From: an uncultured bacterium
GTDB taxonomy: Bacteria > Fidelibacterota > Marinisomatia > Marinisomatales > UBA1611
Direction: 5' to 3'
Length of the DNA: 64,000 bases
NCBI GenBank assembly: GCA_964646455.1
Contig: CAZYDX010000001.1
Coordinates: 9,560-73,559 of the forward strand
In this document: one piece after another, positions 55,331 through 63,379 of the stretch
Layout of the letters: every line of letters begins with the position of its first letter
Numbering within the stretch: position 1 is the stretch's first letter
Made by a program: the position numbers and the translations under genes
The notes under the pieces: generated by a model
The model's database searches: none
The model's input: only the letters and a program-made list of their open reading frames with translations
Told to the model about the DNA's origin: nothing

Positions 55331-56290
55331 ATGAAAATGAATAATAAAAATATAATTCTATCAATAATTATTCCTCTCTACAATGATGAAATTTATATTT
55401 TAGATTGTATAAAGTCAGTTATTATTAATAAAAGTAATAATTTTGAGATATTAATATCTGATGATGTTTCTACAGATTCTAGCTTGAATATAATCAAGTC
55501 AATTAAAGATCCTAGAATAAGAATTATTTCTACTCCTAAAGCATTTGGTGCGGCAAAAAATTGGTCATATGCATTAAATGCTGCTAAAGGTAAATATGTT
55601 TATTTTCTAGCTGGTGATGATTATTTATCGAAAGGAATATTGGATAAAATTATTCCTAATTTTGATGGAAAATCTCATTATATAGCTCCTATGAGTTGCT
55701 TTAATGATAAGGATGGAAAGATATTTGAGGAACAGGCTACTATAGAAAAGTTCCATAATATGTTTGATGGGAATGAAAAATTATCTTACCAATTAATGAA
55801 ATGGATTAATCATGATGAATTAGTCCTCTCATTTTTTGTTAGAAAGAAAATGTTAATTATATTTAATATGCTACCTTATAGTTCTAATTCTATTTTTTGG
55901 TATTGGGTCTTTGTCGCTTTTTATAATACGAATGTGAAAAATTTAACTGATACAGTTCTTTTCAAAAGGTATAATCATATACATAAGAGAGAATATTGGA
56001 CATCAATCCGATCACAAAATAGTTTATTAGTTTATCTTAAACGATCCTATATTTTTAGATCGTTGTGTGATATATACAATATTATAATTATTTCAAAATA
56101 TTTTAATTCACTAAAATTATTTTTTCATCTATTATTTTTACCAAGAAAAACTTCCGATCATAGTGGTGGTTTATTGGGTTTTTTCAAGAATTCAAAAAAA
56201 CATTATTACGAACCTGGTTTAATATTAATTTTTTTATTTTCTATACCGATTTCAATTATTCGATTTATAAATAAAATAACTAATGAATAA
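55331..56290 (+). CDS. GT2-family glycosyltransferase with a hydrophobic C-terminus
   Basis: 'LSIIIPLYNDEIYILDCIKS', 'ILISDDVSTDSS', DxD-like 'YFLAGDDYL'. C-terminal TM 'GLILIFLFSIPISII'. Confidence 0.7.
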   Translation: MKMNNKNIILSIIIPLYNDEIYILDCIKSVIINKSNNFEILISDDVSTDSSLNIIKSIKDPRIRIISTPKAFGAAKNWSYALNAAKGKYVYFLAGDDYLSKGILDKIIPNFDGKSHYIAPMSCFNDKDGKIFEEQATIEKFHNMFDGNEKLSYQLMKWINHDELVLSFFVRKKMLIIFNMLPYSSNSIFWYWVFVAFYNTNVKNLTDTVLFKRYNHIHKREYWTSIRSQNSLLVYLKRSYIFRSLCDIYNIIIISKYFNSLKLFFHLLFLPRKTSDHSGGLLGFFKNSKKHYYEPGLILIFLFSIPISIIRFINKITNE

Positions 56291-56924
56291 TTCAAAAATA
56301 GTCGTTTATACGGCAATTAAAGGCAATATAGACCCAATCAGAGATGACATAATATGTTTTAATAAATACAACAAATTTAAATCTGATGTGATGAATGCAA
56401 AAATTTATAAAATATTACCACATTTATTTATGGATTGTGAATATAGTATATGGGTTGATGGCAATATTTTCTTAAATAAACAATCAGAAGAATTTGTTAA
56501 AATGTTAAATGGGAAAGAGATTGCAGTTATAAAGCACCCAACAAATAAGTGTATTTATCAAGAGGCAGAAATAGTTATAAATTCTAAATTAGATGATAGT
56601 GAAATAGTTACAAACCAAATTAGCAGATACAAAGATAATGGTTATAAATCTATGCAAGGAATGGGAATGTGTGGATTAATAATAAGGAAACATACGGATA
56701 AAATTGCAAGGTTAAATGAAAAATGGTGGTCTGAAATATGTTTTGGATCTAAACGAGATCAAATTAGTTTTCCTTACGTATTTAGTAATGAAGTAGAATA
56801 TATTGATTGGCCAGGATCATATAATAATAATTTATTTTCAAGAGATAAACATGTAGTTCCTTTTTACATACAATTTAAAAATATTATTAAGGTTTTTATT
56901 AAAAATTTGATAAAAAAATTATGA
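56283..56924 (+). CDS. DUF616/TOD1-MUCI70-like putative glycosyltransferase
   Basis: 'IVVYTAIKGNIDPIRD' and 'SKRDQISFPYVF' fit what I recall of DUF616 proteins (YTAIFG.YD ... RDQLSF). Confidence 0.4.
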   Translation: MNNSKIVVYTAIKGNIDPIRDDIICFNKYNKFKSDVMNAKIYKILPHLFMDCEYSIWVDGNIFLNKQSEEFVKMLNGKEIAVIKHPTNKCIYQEAEIVINSKLDDSEIVTNQISRYKDNGYKSMQGMGMCGLIIRKHTDKIARLNEKWWSEICFGSKRDQISFPYVFSNEVEYIDWPGSYNNNLFSRDKHVVPFYIQFKNIIKVFIKNLIKKL

Positions 56925-56999
56925 AAAAAAGAATTATAAGTTTTTTAGAATATTATCCCAGATTATACAACTTGTTTAAAGGAACAAAAAAAAATTGCC

Positions 57000-57794
57000 A
57001 TGGATTTTATTTACAACCGTAAACAACCTGTTGAATATTGGTATGATATTAGTTTATTAACTGATGCGCCTTGGGAAAATATGGTTCATAATTCGGATAA
57101 TATGAATAAAAAATTCTCTACAACCCATAGACAATTATTGAAACTCGTTTCTAATGGAGATTTTACGTTAACTCAGTTTGATCAATACAAAAATATTGAT
57201 ATTTACAAAAAATTGAATCAATTAATGTGGCGCCACTATATCGTTTTTTGGACATCTTTATATTCTGCAAAATCTACGCAATCCAATATAAAGAATTATG
57301 TTGAGATGGGAGTTGCTGATGGACTAACTATTTATTTTGCAATTAATGCAGTAAAAGAATACAAATTTGATTTTAAAGCTTATCTTTATGACACATGGGA
57401 TAAGGTATTGCTTGATAATCCTTCAACTTTAGGAAAACAATTTGAATATGATTATCTTGATATAAATGTTACAAAAAATAATCTTAATGCATTTAATGAT
57501 AAATTATATTTTAAACGTGGAATGATTCCAGAAACTTTTAATGGTAAAGATGAGCCAAAATCAATTGTATGGATGAGTTTAGATTTAAATTCAAATAAAC
57601 CCACAATTGAATCTTTGGATTATTATTGGGATAGGTTAGAGTCAGGTGGGGTCATTTTAGTTGATGATTATGCTCAGCAAACCTATGTTGATACTAAAAG
57701 ATCTATTGATATATGGATTTCAAAGCATAATAATTCTTTATTATTTCAAGTTCCAACTTCACAAGCGATCATTTTTAAAACAAATAATAAATAG
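57000..57794 (+). CDS. TylF/MycF-like SAM-dependent O-methyltransferase
   Basis: 'VEMGVADGLTIYFA' (motif I) and 'MSLDLNSNKPTIESLDYYWDRLESGGVILVDDY' (the D-x-D..Y.S....L......L..GG....DDY block of the TylF family). Confidence 0.65.
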   Translation: MDFIYNRKQPVEYWYDISLLTDAPWENMVHNSDNMNKKFSTTHRQLLKLVSNGDFTLTQFDQYKNIDIYKKLNQLMWRHYIVFWTSLYSAKSTQSNIKNYVEMGVADGLTIYFAINAVKEYKFDFKAYLYDTWDKVLLDNPSTLGKQFEYDYLDINVTKNNLNAFNDKLYFKRGMIPETFNGKDEPKSIVWMSLDLNSNKPTIESLDYYWDRLESGGVILVDDYAQQTYVDTKRSIDIWISKHNNSLLFQVPTSQAIIFKTNNK

Positions 57795-57814
57795 ATCTAA
57801 AAATAGAAACTTCA

Positions 57815-58558
57815 TTGAAATTATTTTTGAGATCAAAAATTATTAATTACAAAGATCTAAAATCTTTTATTAAAAAAATAAAAAATATTAAAGAAATAAT
57901 ATTAAAAGTATTTTTTGAAAATATTTTATATCTATTTTACAAAAAGAAAATATTTGATTTGAATCTAGTAGAAAAAAAAAATGTTTTAGTTTTTGTTGCC
58001 CATCACGATGATGAAGTTATTTATTGCGGAGGTACGCTTTGTAAGCTTGCAAAAAATAAGAATAGGATTCATATAATAGTTCTTACTGATGCAAAGTTTC
58101 AGAATACGGAACTAGGTAAAGAAAATTATATAAAAAGAAGGGAATCTTTTTACCAAGTAAATAAATATTTAAATTCAACTTACACAGAGTGTAATATAGA
58201 AAATTATAAAAATTTAGATCACATAGTTATTTCAGATATATTGAAAGCTGTAATAAATAAGGTAAATCTTATAAAGATTAATCCTGATTTGATTATTACA
58301 CATGGTATTAAGGGAGAATATGGACATGCTCAACATAAGTTAACACATATTATTGCAAATAAAATCTTTAAAAATTACCCAATCTATTATTTTAACAATG
58401 GTTTAACTGTAGATAAAATATGGGTAAATATTTCAGAAAAAGAAAAAAATATAATTTTTTATTATTATGAGAATTGGGATAAATCTGAATTTCATGCTGT
58501 GAAACTATTATCTGATAATTGGAATATAAAAAATTTAGAAATTTTTGAAATGTACTAG
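57815..58558 (+). CDS. PIG-L/LmbE-family N-acetyl-sugar deacetylase
   Basis: 'VLVFVAHHDDEVIYCGGTL' (AHxDDE zinc motif) and 'HGIKGEYGHAQH'. TTG start; there is no internal ATG before the domain. Confidence 0.75.
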   Translation: MKLFLRSKIINYKDLKSFIKKIKNIKEIILKVFFENILYLFYKKKIFDLNLVEKKNVLVFVAHHDDEVIYCGGTLCKLAKNKNRIHIIVLTDAKFQNTELGKENYIKRRESFYQVNKYLNSTYTECNIENYKNLDHIVISDILKAVINKVNLIKINPDLIITHGIKGEYGHAQHKLTHIIANKIFKNYPIYYFNNGLTVDKIWVNISEKEKNIIFYYYENWDKSEFHAVKLLSDNWNIKNLEIFEMY

Positions 58559-58641
58559 ATTTTTAATTGACCAAATAAACATATTCAATAATCTTAAATT
58601 ATTTAGATCAAAAATATAAAAATTTAATGTGAACTAATAAA

Positions 58642-59484
58642 GTGTACAAATCTATACTTAAAAGAATGATAAAAAAGTTTTTAGATTATATTATTAAAAT
58701 TAATAATACACATCTTTATAAGTTTTTATATAATCTCTTATCAAAAATTTTCAGATTTAATTCTTTTATAAATTCATATAAGAAAGATCATATATGTTTG
58801 GAAGATAAAACTAGTAAAGATATGATTTATATATGTCATAAAGAAAGAATTCCCTTATATAATATTGGAATTAATTCCAGGTTAGATAAACTAATGAGAG
58901 ATGAATACTTATTAAATAATATTTCTTTACCAGAAGATTGTATTGTTTTTGATATAGGTTCAAATATTGGTGAATTTGGCGTTTACTTAAGAGCTAATTG
59001 TAAAAAAATGAATATAGAATATCATGCATTCGAACCATCTATGATAGAATATGAGACAAATAAATTAAATAATAATAGAAATAATGATTTTATTAATAAT
59101 GTTGGTTTATGGAATAAGAAAGGAGTGATAGAATTTTATAATAAAAATATTACTGGAGATAGTTCATTTATTGAGACAGATGGTTACACTTCGATAGAGA
59201 GAGCTAACGTTGATACTATAGATAATTATGTTAAAAAATATGATATTCAAAATATAAGATTGTTAAAATTAGAAGCAGAAGGAGGCGAGCCTGAAGTACT
59301 TGAGGGTGCGATAAATACTTTACCTATTATAGATTATATAACTGCTGATTTAGGCTATGAAAGAGGAATTAATGAAGAACATACATTTTCTGATGTAACA
59401 AATTTTTTACTTTCAAACGGCTACGAAATAATTGATATAAACCTCGATAGGTTTTCTTCTCTTTATAAAAATAAGAAAGATTAA
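58642..59484 (+). CDS. FkbM-family methyltransferase
   Basis: 'VFDIGSNIGEFGVYL' and 'IRLLKLEAEGGEPEVLEGA'. GTG start, with ATG 58666 as an alternative. Confidence 0.7.
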   Translation: MYKSILKRMIKKFLDYIIKINNTHLYKFLYNLLSKIFRFNSFINSYKKDHICLEDKTSKDMIYICHKERIPLYNIGINSRLDKLMRDEYLLNNISLPEDCIVFDIGSNIGEFGVYLRANCKKMNIEYHAFEPSMIEYETNKLNNNRNNDFINNVGLWNKKGVIEFYNKNITGDSSFIETDGYTSIERANVDTIDNYVKKYDIQNIRLLKLEAEGGEPEVLEGAINTLPIIDYITADLGYERGINEEHTFSDVTNFLLSNGYEIIDINLDRFSSLYKNKKD

Positions 59485-59504
59485 ACTTATAAAATAAAAA
59501 ATAG

Positions 59505-60431
59505 ATGAAAAAAATATTTGTCGCCACATCAAGTTTTGCAAAGATATCAAATGATCCAATAGATTTGCTAGATAAAAATTTATATAAAGTTAGTTATAAT
59601 ACCTTATTACGAAAGTTGAATGAAAGAGAATTAATTGATTTTGCTAAAAATGCTGATGCAATTATTGCAGGTACTGAGAAATATTCTATAAAAGTATTTG
59701 AGAAATTGAACAAACTAAAAGTTATATCACGAATTGGTGTTGGGGTTGATAATATTGATCTTAAAGCTTCTAAGACATATGGAATAAAAATTTATATAAC
59801 CCATACTACTCCTGCTCCAGCTGTTGCAGAGCTTACTTTAGGATTGTTAATTGATGTTGCTCGAAAAATTTCTTCAAATTACAGTAATATTATAATTGGA
59901 AAATGGAATAAACAAATGGGTGTTTTATTAAGTAATAAAACTTTAGGAATCATCGGTTTGGGAACAGTTGGAAAAGAATTAGTTAAACTTGCAAAAGGAT
60001 TTAATTTTAAACTTCTAGCATTTGATAAATATTATGATGAAGATTTTGCAAAAAGACATAATATATCTTATTGTGATTTAAACACATTACTTAATAATGC
60101 TGATATTATATCTATACATTTAAATTTGTCTAGTGAAACTGATCAATTAATTAATGAAAAGCAGATTAGTAAAATGAAAAAGAATAGTATATTATTAAAT
60201 ACTTCTAGGGGAGAAATAGTTGATGAGAAAGCTCTTTATAATGCGTTAAAAGATGAGGAGATATTGGGTGCAGGTCTAGATGTTTTTAAAAACGAACCTT
60301 ATTTCGGACCGCTTAAAGAGCTTAAAAATGTGATTCTTACTCCTCATGTAGGATCATATGCTAAAGAAATACGAATTCAAATGGAAATGGAAGCAGTAGA
60401 AAACGTTATTAGAGGGTTAAATGAATTATAA
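59505..60431 (+). CDS. D-2-hydroxyacid dehydrogenase (3-phosphoglycerate dehydrogenase-like)
   Basis: 'TLGIIGLGTVGKELVKLA', 'LLNTSRGEIVDE', 'AGLDVF', 'LTPHVGS'. Confidence 0.8.
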   Translation: MKKIFVATSSFAKISNDPIDLLDKNLYKVSYNTLLRKLNERELIDFAKNADAIIAGTEKYSIKVFEKLNKLKVISRIGVGVDNIDLKASKTYGIKIYITHTTPAPAVAELTLGLLIDVARKISSNYSNIIIGKWNKQMGVLLSNKTLGIIGLGTVGKELVKLAKGFNFKLLAFDKYYDEDFAKRHNISYCDLNTLLNNADIISIHLNLSSETDQLINEKQISKMKKNSILLNTSRGEIVDEKALYNALKDEEILGAGLDVFKNEPYFGPLKELKNVILTPHVGSYAKEIRIQMEMEAVENVIRGLNEL

Positions 60432-61344
60432 AAAAGTTTTAGTTACGGGAAGTTCAGGTTTTATTGGTAGCCATGTAGTTGATGCTTTGATAAAGAATGG
60501 TTTGCAGGTAGTTCTTTTCGATAATAAAAATTCACCTTATAAATCTGATGAACAAATTGAATTTATCGGAAGTATATTAAATAAAGAAGATTTAGATAAA
60601 TCTATAAGGGATTGTGATGCAGTTTATCATTTTGCTGCGCAAGCAGATATTGGAGTTTCAAGCACCTCTCCTGAAAAAACTTTAGAGACTAATATAATTG
60701 GAACACAAAATGTATTAAAAGCAGCTATAAAGCACAAAGTTAAGAGGTTTATGTTCGCCAGTACTATATATGTGTATAGTGAATTAGGAAGTTTCTATCG
60801 TGTTTCAAAACAAGCTTGTGAAAAAATGATTGAAGAATACCAAAGAGAGTTTTCTATTGATTATACAATCTTACGTTTTGGTTCACTTTATGGACCAAGA
60901 GCAAATAAATTTAATGGAATTCAAAATTTTTTAATAGATGCTTTGAAGAATAAGAAGATTTTACGTAGAGGTGATGGTGAAGAGATAAGAGAATATATCC
61001 ATGTGAAGGATGCTGCTCAATTATCTGTTGATGCGTTAGATAAAAAATATATGAATGAACATTTAATAATCACTGGTAATCAACAAATAAAGGTAAAAGA
61101 TTTATTATTTATGATTAAGGAAATATTTAAAGGTCAAGTTAAAATTGATTTTGGGCAAGAAGAGGAACTTCATCATTACGAAATAACTCCATATAATTAT
61201 AAACCGCAAGTTGCTAAAAAATTGACTTCCAGCACATATTATGATCTTGGGCAAGGATTAATGGATTTGATATATGATTTGGAAAATGATAACGATAATG
61301 AAAATAATATTCCAAAAATATCTTTACGTAATAGAAAAAAATGA
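60421..61344 (+). CDS. NAD-dependent epimerase/dehydratase (extended SDR)
   Basis: 'VLVTGSSGFIGSHVVDAL', 'FASTIYVY', YxxxK in 'YRVSKQACE'. Confidence 0.8.
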   Translation: MNYKKVLVTGSSGFIGSHVVDALIKNGLQVVLFDNKNSPYKSDEQIEFIGSILNKEDLDKSIRDCDAVYHFAAQADIGVSSTSPEKTLETNIIGTQNVLKAAIKHKVKRFMFASTIYVYSELGSFYRVSKQACEKMIEEYQREFSIDYTILRFGSLYGPRANKFNGIQNFLIDALKNKKILRRGDGEEIREYIHVKDAAQLSVDALDKKYMNEHLIITGNQQIKVKDLLFMIKEIFKGQVKIDFGQEEELHHYEITPYNYKPQVAKKLTSSTYYDLGQGLMDLIYDLENDNDNENNIPKISLRNRKK

Positions 61345-61958
61345 AATTTATTGATTTGAGCCATCCTATATCTAATGATACGAAAACATATCCAACTGAT
61401 CCAAAAATTTCTATAGTAAAAGAAAAAGGAATAAATCGTAATAACAGTCTATTACATAGTTTTAAAATGGGGACACATACTGGAACACATCTTGATGTAC
61501 CTGCTCATATACTTCCTAATGGTAAAACCTTGGATAATTATTCTTTAAAATACTTTTCTGGCCTCACAGTTAAAGTTGATAAAGATTCAATTGATTCCTT
61601 AAGTAAAATAAAGAAAAATATTGATGGTTTAATTTATGAAACAGGATGGTTTAACAATTTCAATAACCCTGACATTTTCTATGGTAAAGATAGACCTACT
61701 ATACCTCTTAAATTAATTAAGAAAGTTATTGCGATGAATATTAATTTTTTTGGTTGTGACCTTCCAAGTGTAGACAAAAGTGAATCAGTAGATAAAAAAG
61801 TTCACCACAATTTATTGTATTCTGATATTATAATTTATGAATCATTAACAAACCTTAATCAATTACCTTTACTCAAACCTTTTCATTTTTATGGTTTTCC
61901 ACTTCCATTTATTGGGTTAGATGGATCACCTATTCGCGCAGTTGGAATTATTAATTAG
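61341..61958 (+). CDS. cyclase-family metallohydrolase (kynurenine-formamidase-like amidohydrolase)
   Basis: Signature 'MGTHTGTHLDVPAH' (H-x-G-T-H-x-D-x-P-x-H). ATGA overlap with the upstream gene. Confidence 0.7.
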   Translation: MKFIDLSHPISNDTKTYPTDPKISIVKEKGINRNNSLLHSFKMGTHTGTHLDVPAHILPNGKTLDNYSLKYFSGLTVKVDKDSIDSLSKIKKNIDGLIYETGWFNNFNNPDIFYGKDRPTIPLKLIKKVIAMNINFFGCDLPSVDKSESVDKKVHHNLLYSDIIIYESLTNLNQLPLLKPFHFYGFPLPFIGLDGSPIRAVGIIN

Positions 61959-61977
61959 TATTTAATTTTAATTAATT

Positions 61978-62604
61978 TTGATCAAGGGAATTATATTTGA
62001 TTTTGATGGAGTTATAGTTGACTCTGTTCAAGTGAAAACAGATGCCTTTTTTGAATTGTATTCTCCGTATGGTAGTGAAATAGCTGATAAAGTTGTTAAG
62101 CATCATATTTTAAATGGAGGAATGTCTCGTTACGAAAAGATTAACTATTATCACAAAACTTATTTAAATAAATCCGTTACAAAAACAGAGATAGCATTCT
62201 TAGCAAAACGCTTTTCAAAATTAGTTATAAATAAGGTAATTGATTCTCCATATATACCTGGTGTGCTTGATTATATTAAAAAGAGTGTCAAAAATTATAT
62301 GTTATTCATTTCAACTGGGACTCCAATTAATGAAATAAAACAAATTTTACTGGCTAGGAAAATCAATAAATATTTTTCTGATGTTTTTGGTTCGCCTGAT
62401 AACAAAAATATTCATATTAATAATATTATTTCTAATTATAATATAACTTCAGATGAATTATTATTCTATGGTGATAGTAAAGTTGACATGGATGCAGCAA
62501 ATAATAATAATATTGATTTTATACTAATTAATAATATTGATAATAAAGATCTTACTTTGCAATATAGTGGACAAGTAATTGACAACTTTAAAGGATTAAT
62601 ATAA
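61978..62604 (+). CDS. HAD-superfamily phosphatase (beta-phosphoglucomutase/PGP-like subfamily)
   Basis: Motif I 'IIFDFDGVIVDS'; motif IV 'FYGDSKVDMDAA'. TTG start verified. Confidence 0.75.
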   Translation: MIKGIIFDFDGVIVDSVQVKTDAFFELYSPYGSEIADKVVKHHILNGGMSRYEKINYYHKTYLNKSVTKTEIAFLAKRFSKLVINKVIDSPYIPGVLDYIKKSVKNYMLFISTGTPINEIKQILLARKINKYFSDVFGSPDNKNIHINNIISNYNITSDELLFYGDSKVDMDAANNNNIDFILINNIDNKDLTLQYSGQVIDNFKGLI

Positions 62605-63356
62605 TGTATGAAAAAATTAAAATTATTAGATCAAAGCTTGTTAATAATGAATTATCAATCGGAGCTTGGCAACAAATTCCACATGCATCGATATCTGAAA
62701 TATTAGGTAAGTCAGGATATGATTGGGTAGCTGTTGATATGGAACATGGATCTGTAAGTGCTCATCAATTGCCTGATTTATTTAGGGCTATTGAACTTGG
62801 TGGATCTTTACCTTTAGTTAGGTTAAATGAATCTACACCTAAAGAATGCAAAATAGCTTTAGATGCAGGAGCAGGAGGAGTAATTGCTCCTATGATTGAA
62901 ACTGCCGATCAACTTGAAATAATTAAAAAATCCTGCTGCTGGCCCCCATCAGGGAATAGAGGTGTAGGATATTCTAGAGCAAATCTATTTGGTAAGTATT
63001 TTGATGAATATAATGTTGAAGCTCAAAGTCCAATTATTGTTGCTCAAATTGAGCATATTAATGCAGTTAATAATCTCGAAGAAATAATTAAGGTTGAAGG
63101 TTTAGATGCAATTATTATTGGTCCTTATGATTTATCTGCATCTATGGGTTTGACTGGGAAGTTTGAAGATAAGGAATTTGTTAAAGTTATGGATCTTATA
63201 TTGAATATTTGCAAAAAAAATAATTTTCCATGTGGCGATCATATTATATATCCTGACCCTGTTTCAATATCAAATAAGATAGATCAGGGTTTTAGGTTTT
63301 TAGCATATTCAACCGATGCGGTATTATTACATCATGCAGCTGAATTAAAAATATAG
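62604..63356 (+). CDS. HpcH/HpaI-family class II (pyruvate) aldolase
   Basis: 'GYDWVAVDMEHG', 'PLVRLNE', 'VIAPMIET', 'VAQIEH', 'IGPYDLSASMG'. TAATG overlap. Confidence 0.75.
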   Translation: MYEKIKIIRSKLVNNELSIGAWQQIPHASISEILGKSGYDWVAVDMEHGSVSAHQLPDLFRAIELGGSLPLVRLNESTPKECKIALDAGAGGVIAPMIETADQLEIIKKSCCWPPSGNRGVGYSRANLFGKYFDEYNVEAQSPIIVAQIEHINAVNNLEEIIKVEGLDAIIIGPYDLSASMGLTGKFEDKEFVKVMDLILNICKKNNFPCGDHIIYPDPVSISNKIDQGFRFLAYSTDAVLLHHAAELKI

Positions 63357-63379
63357 AATTGATAGGATGAGAATTTTAA

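Noticed and set aside
56921-57022. 33-codon ORF starting in an ATGA overlap with the DUF616-like gene, containing an A9 homopolymer (56986..56994) just upstream of the TylF-like ATG. I considered it as a phase-variable frameshift joining it to the methyltransferase.
   Set aside because: The methyltransferase frame has a stop at 56946..56948, so only ~17 extra codons could be gained. The TylF-like domain is complete from ATG 57000. Poly-A runs of this length are frequent in this AT-rich sequence. There is no evidence of slippage.
16498-57846. Short + strand alternative-frame ORFs (16498..16692, 27923..28120, 33382..33570, 36206..36415, 57661..57846)
   Set aside because: They are nested out-of-frame inside longer, motif-supported genes. 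They have no independent evidence.
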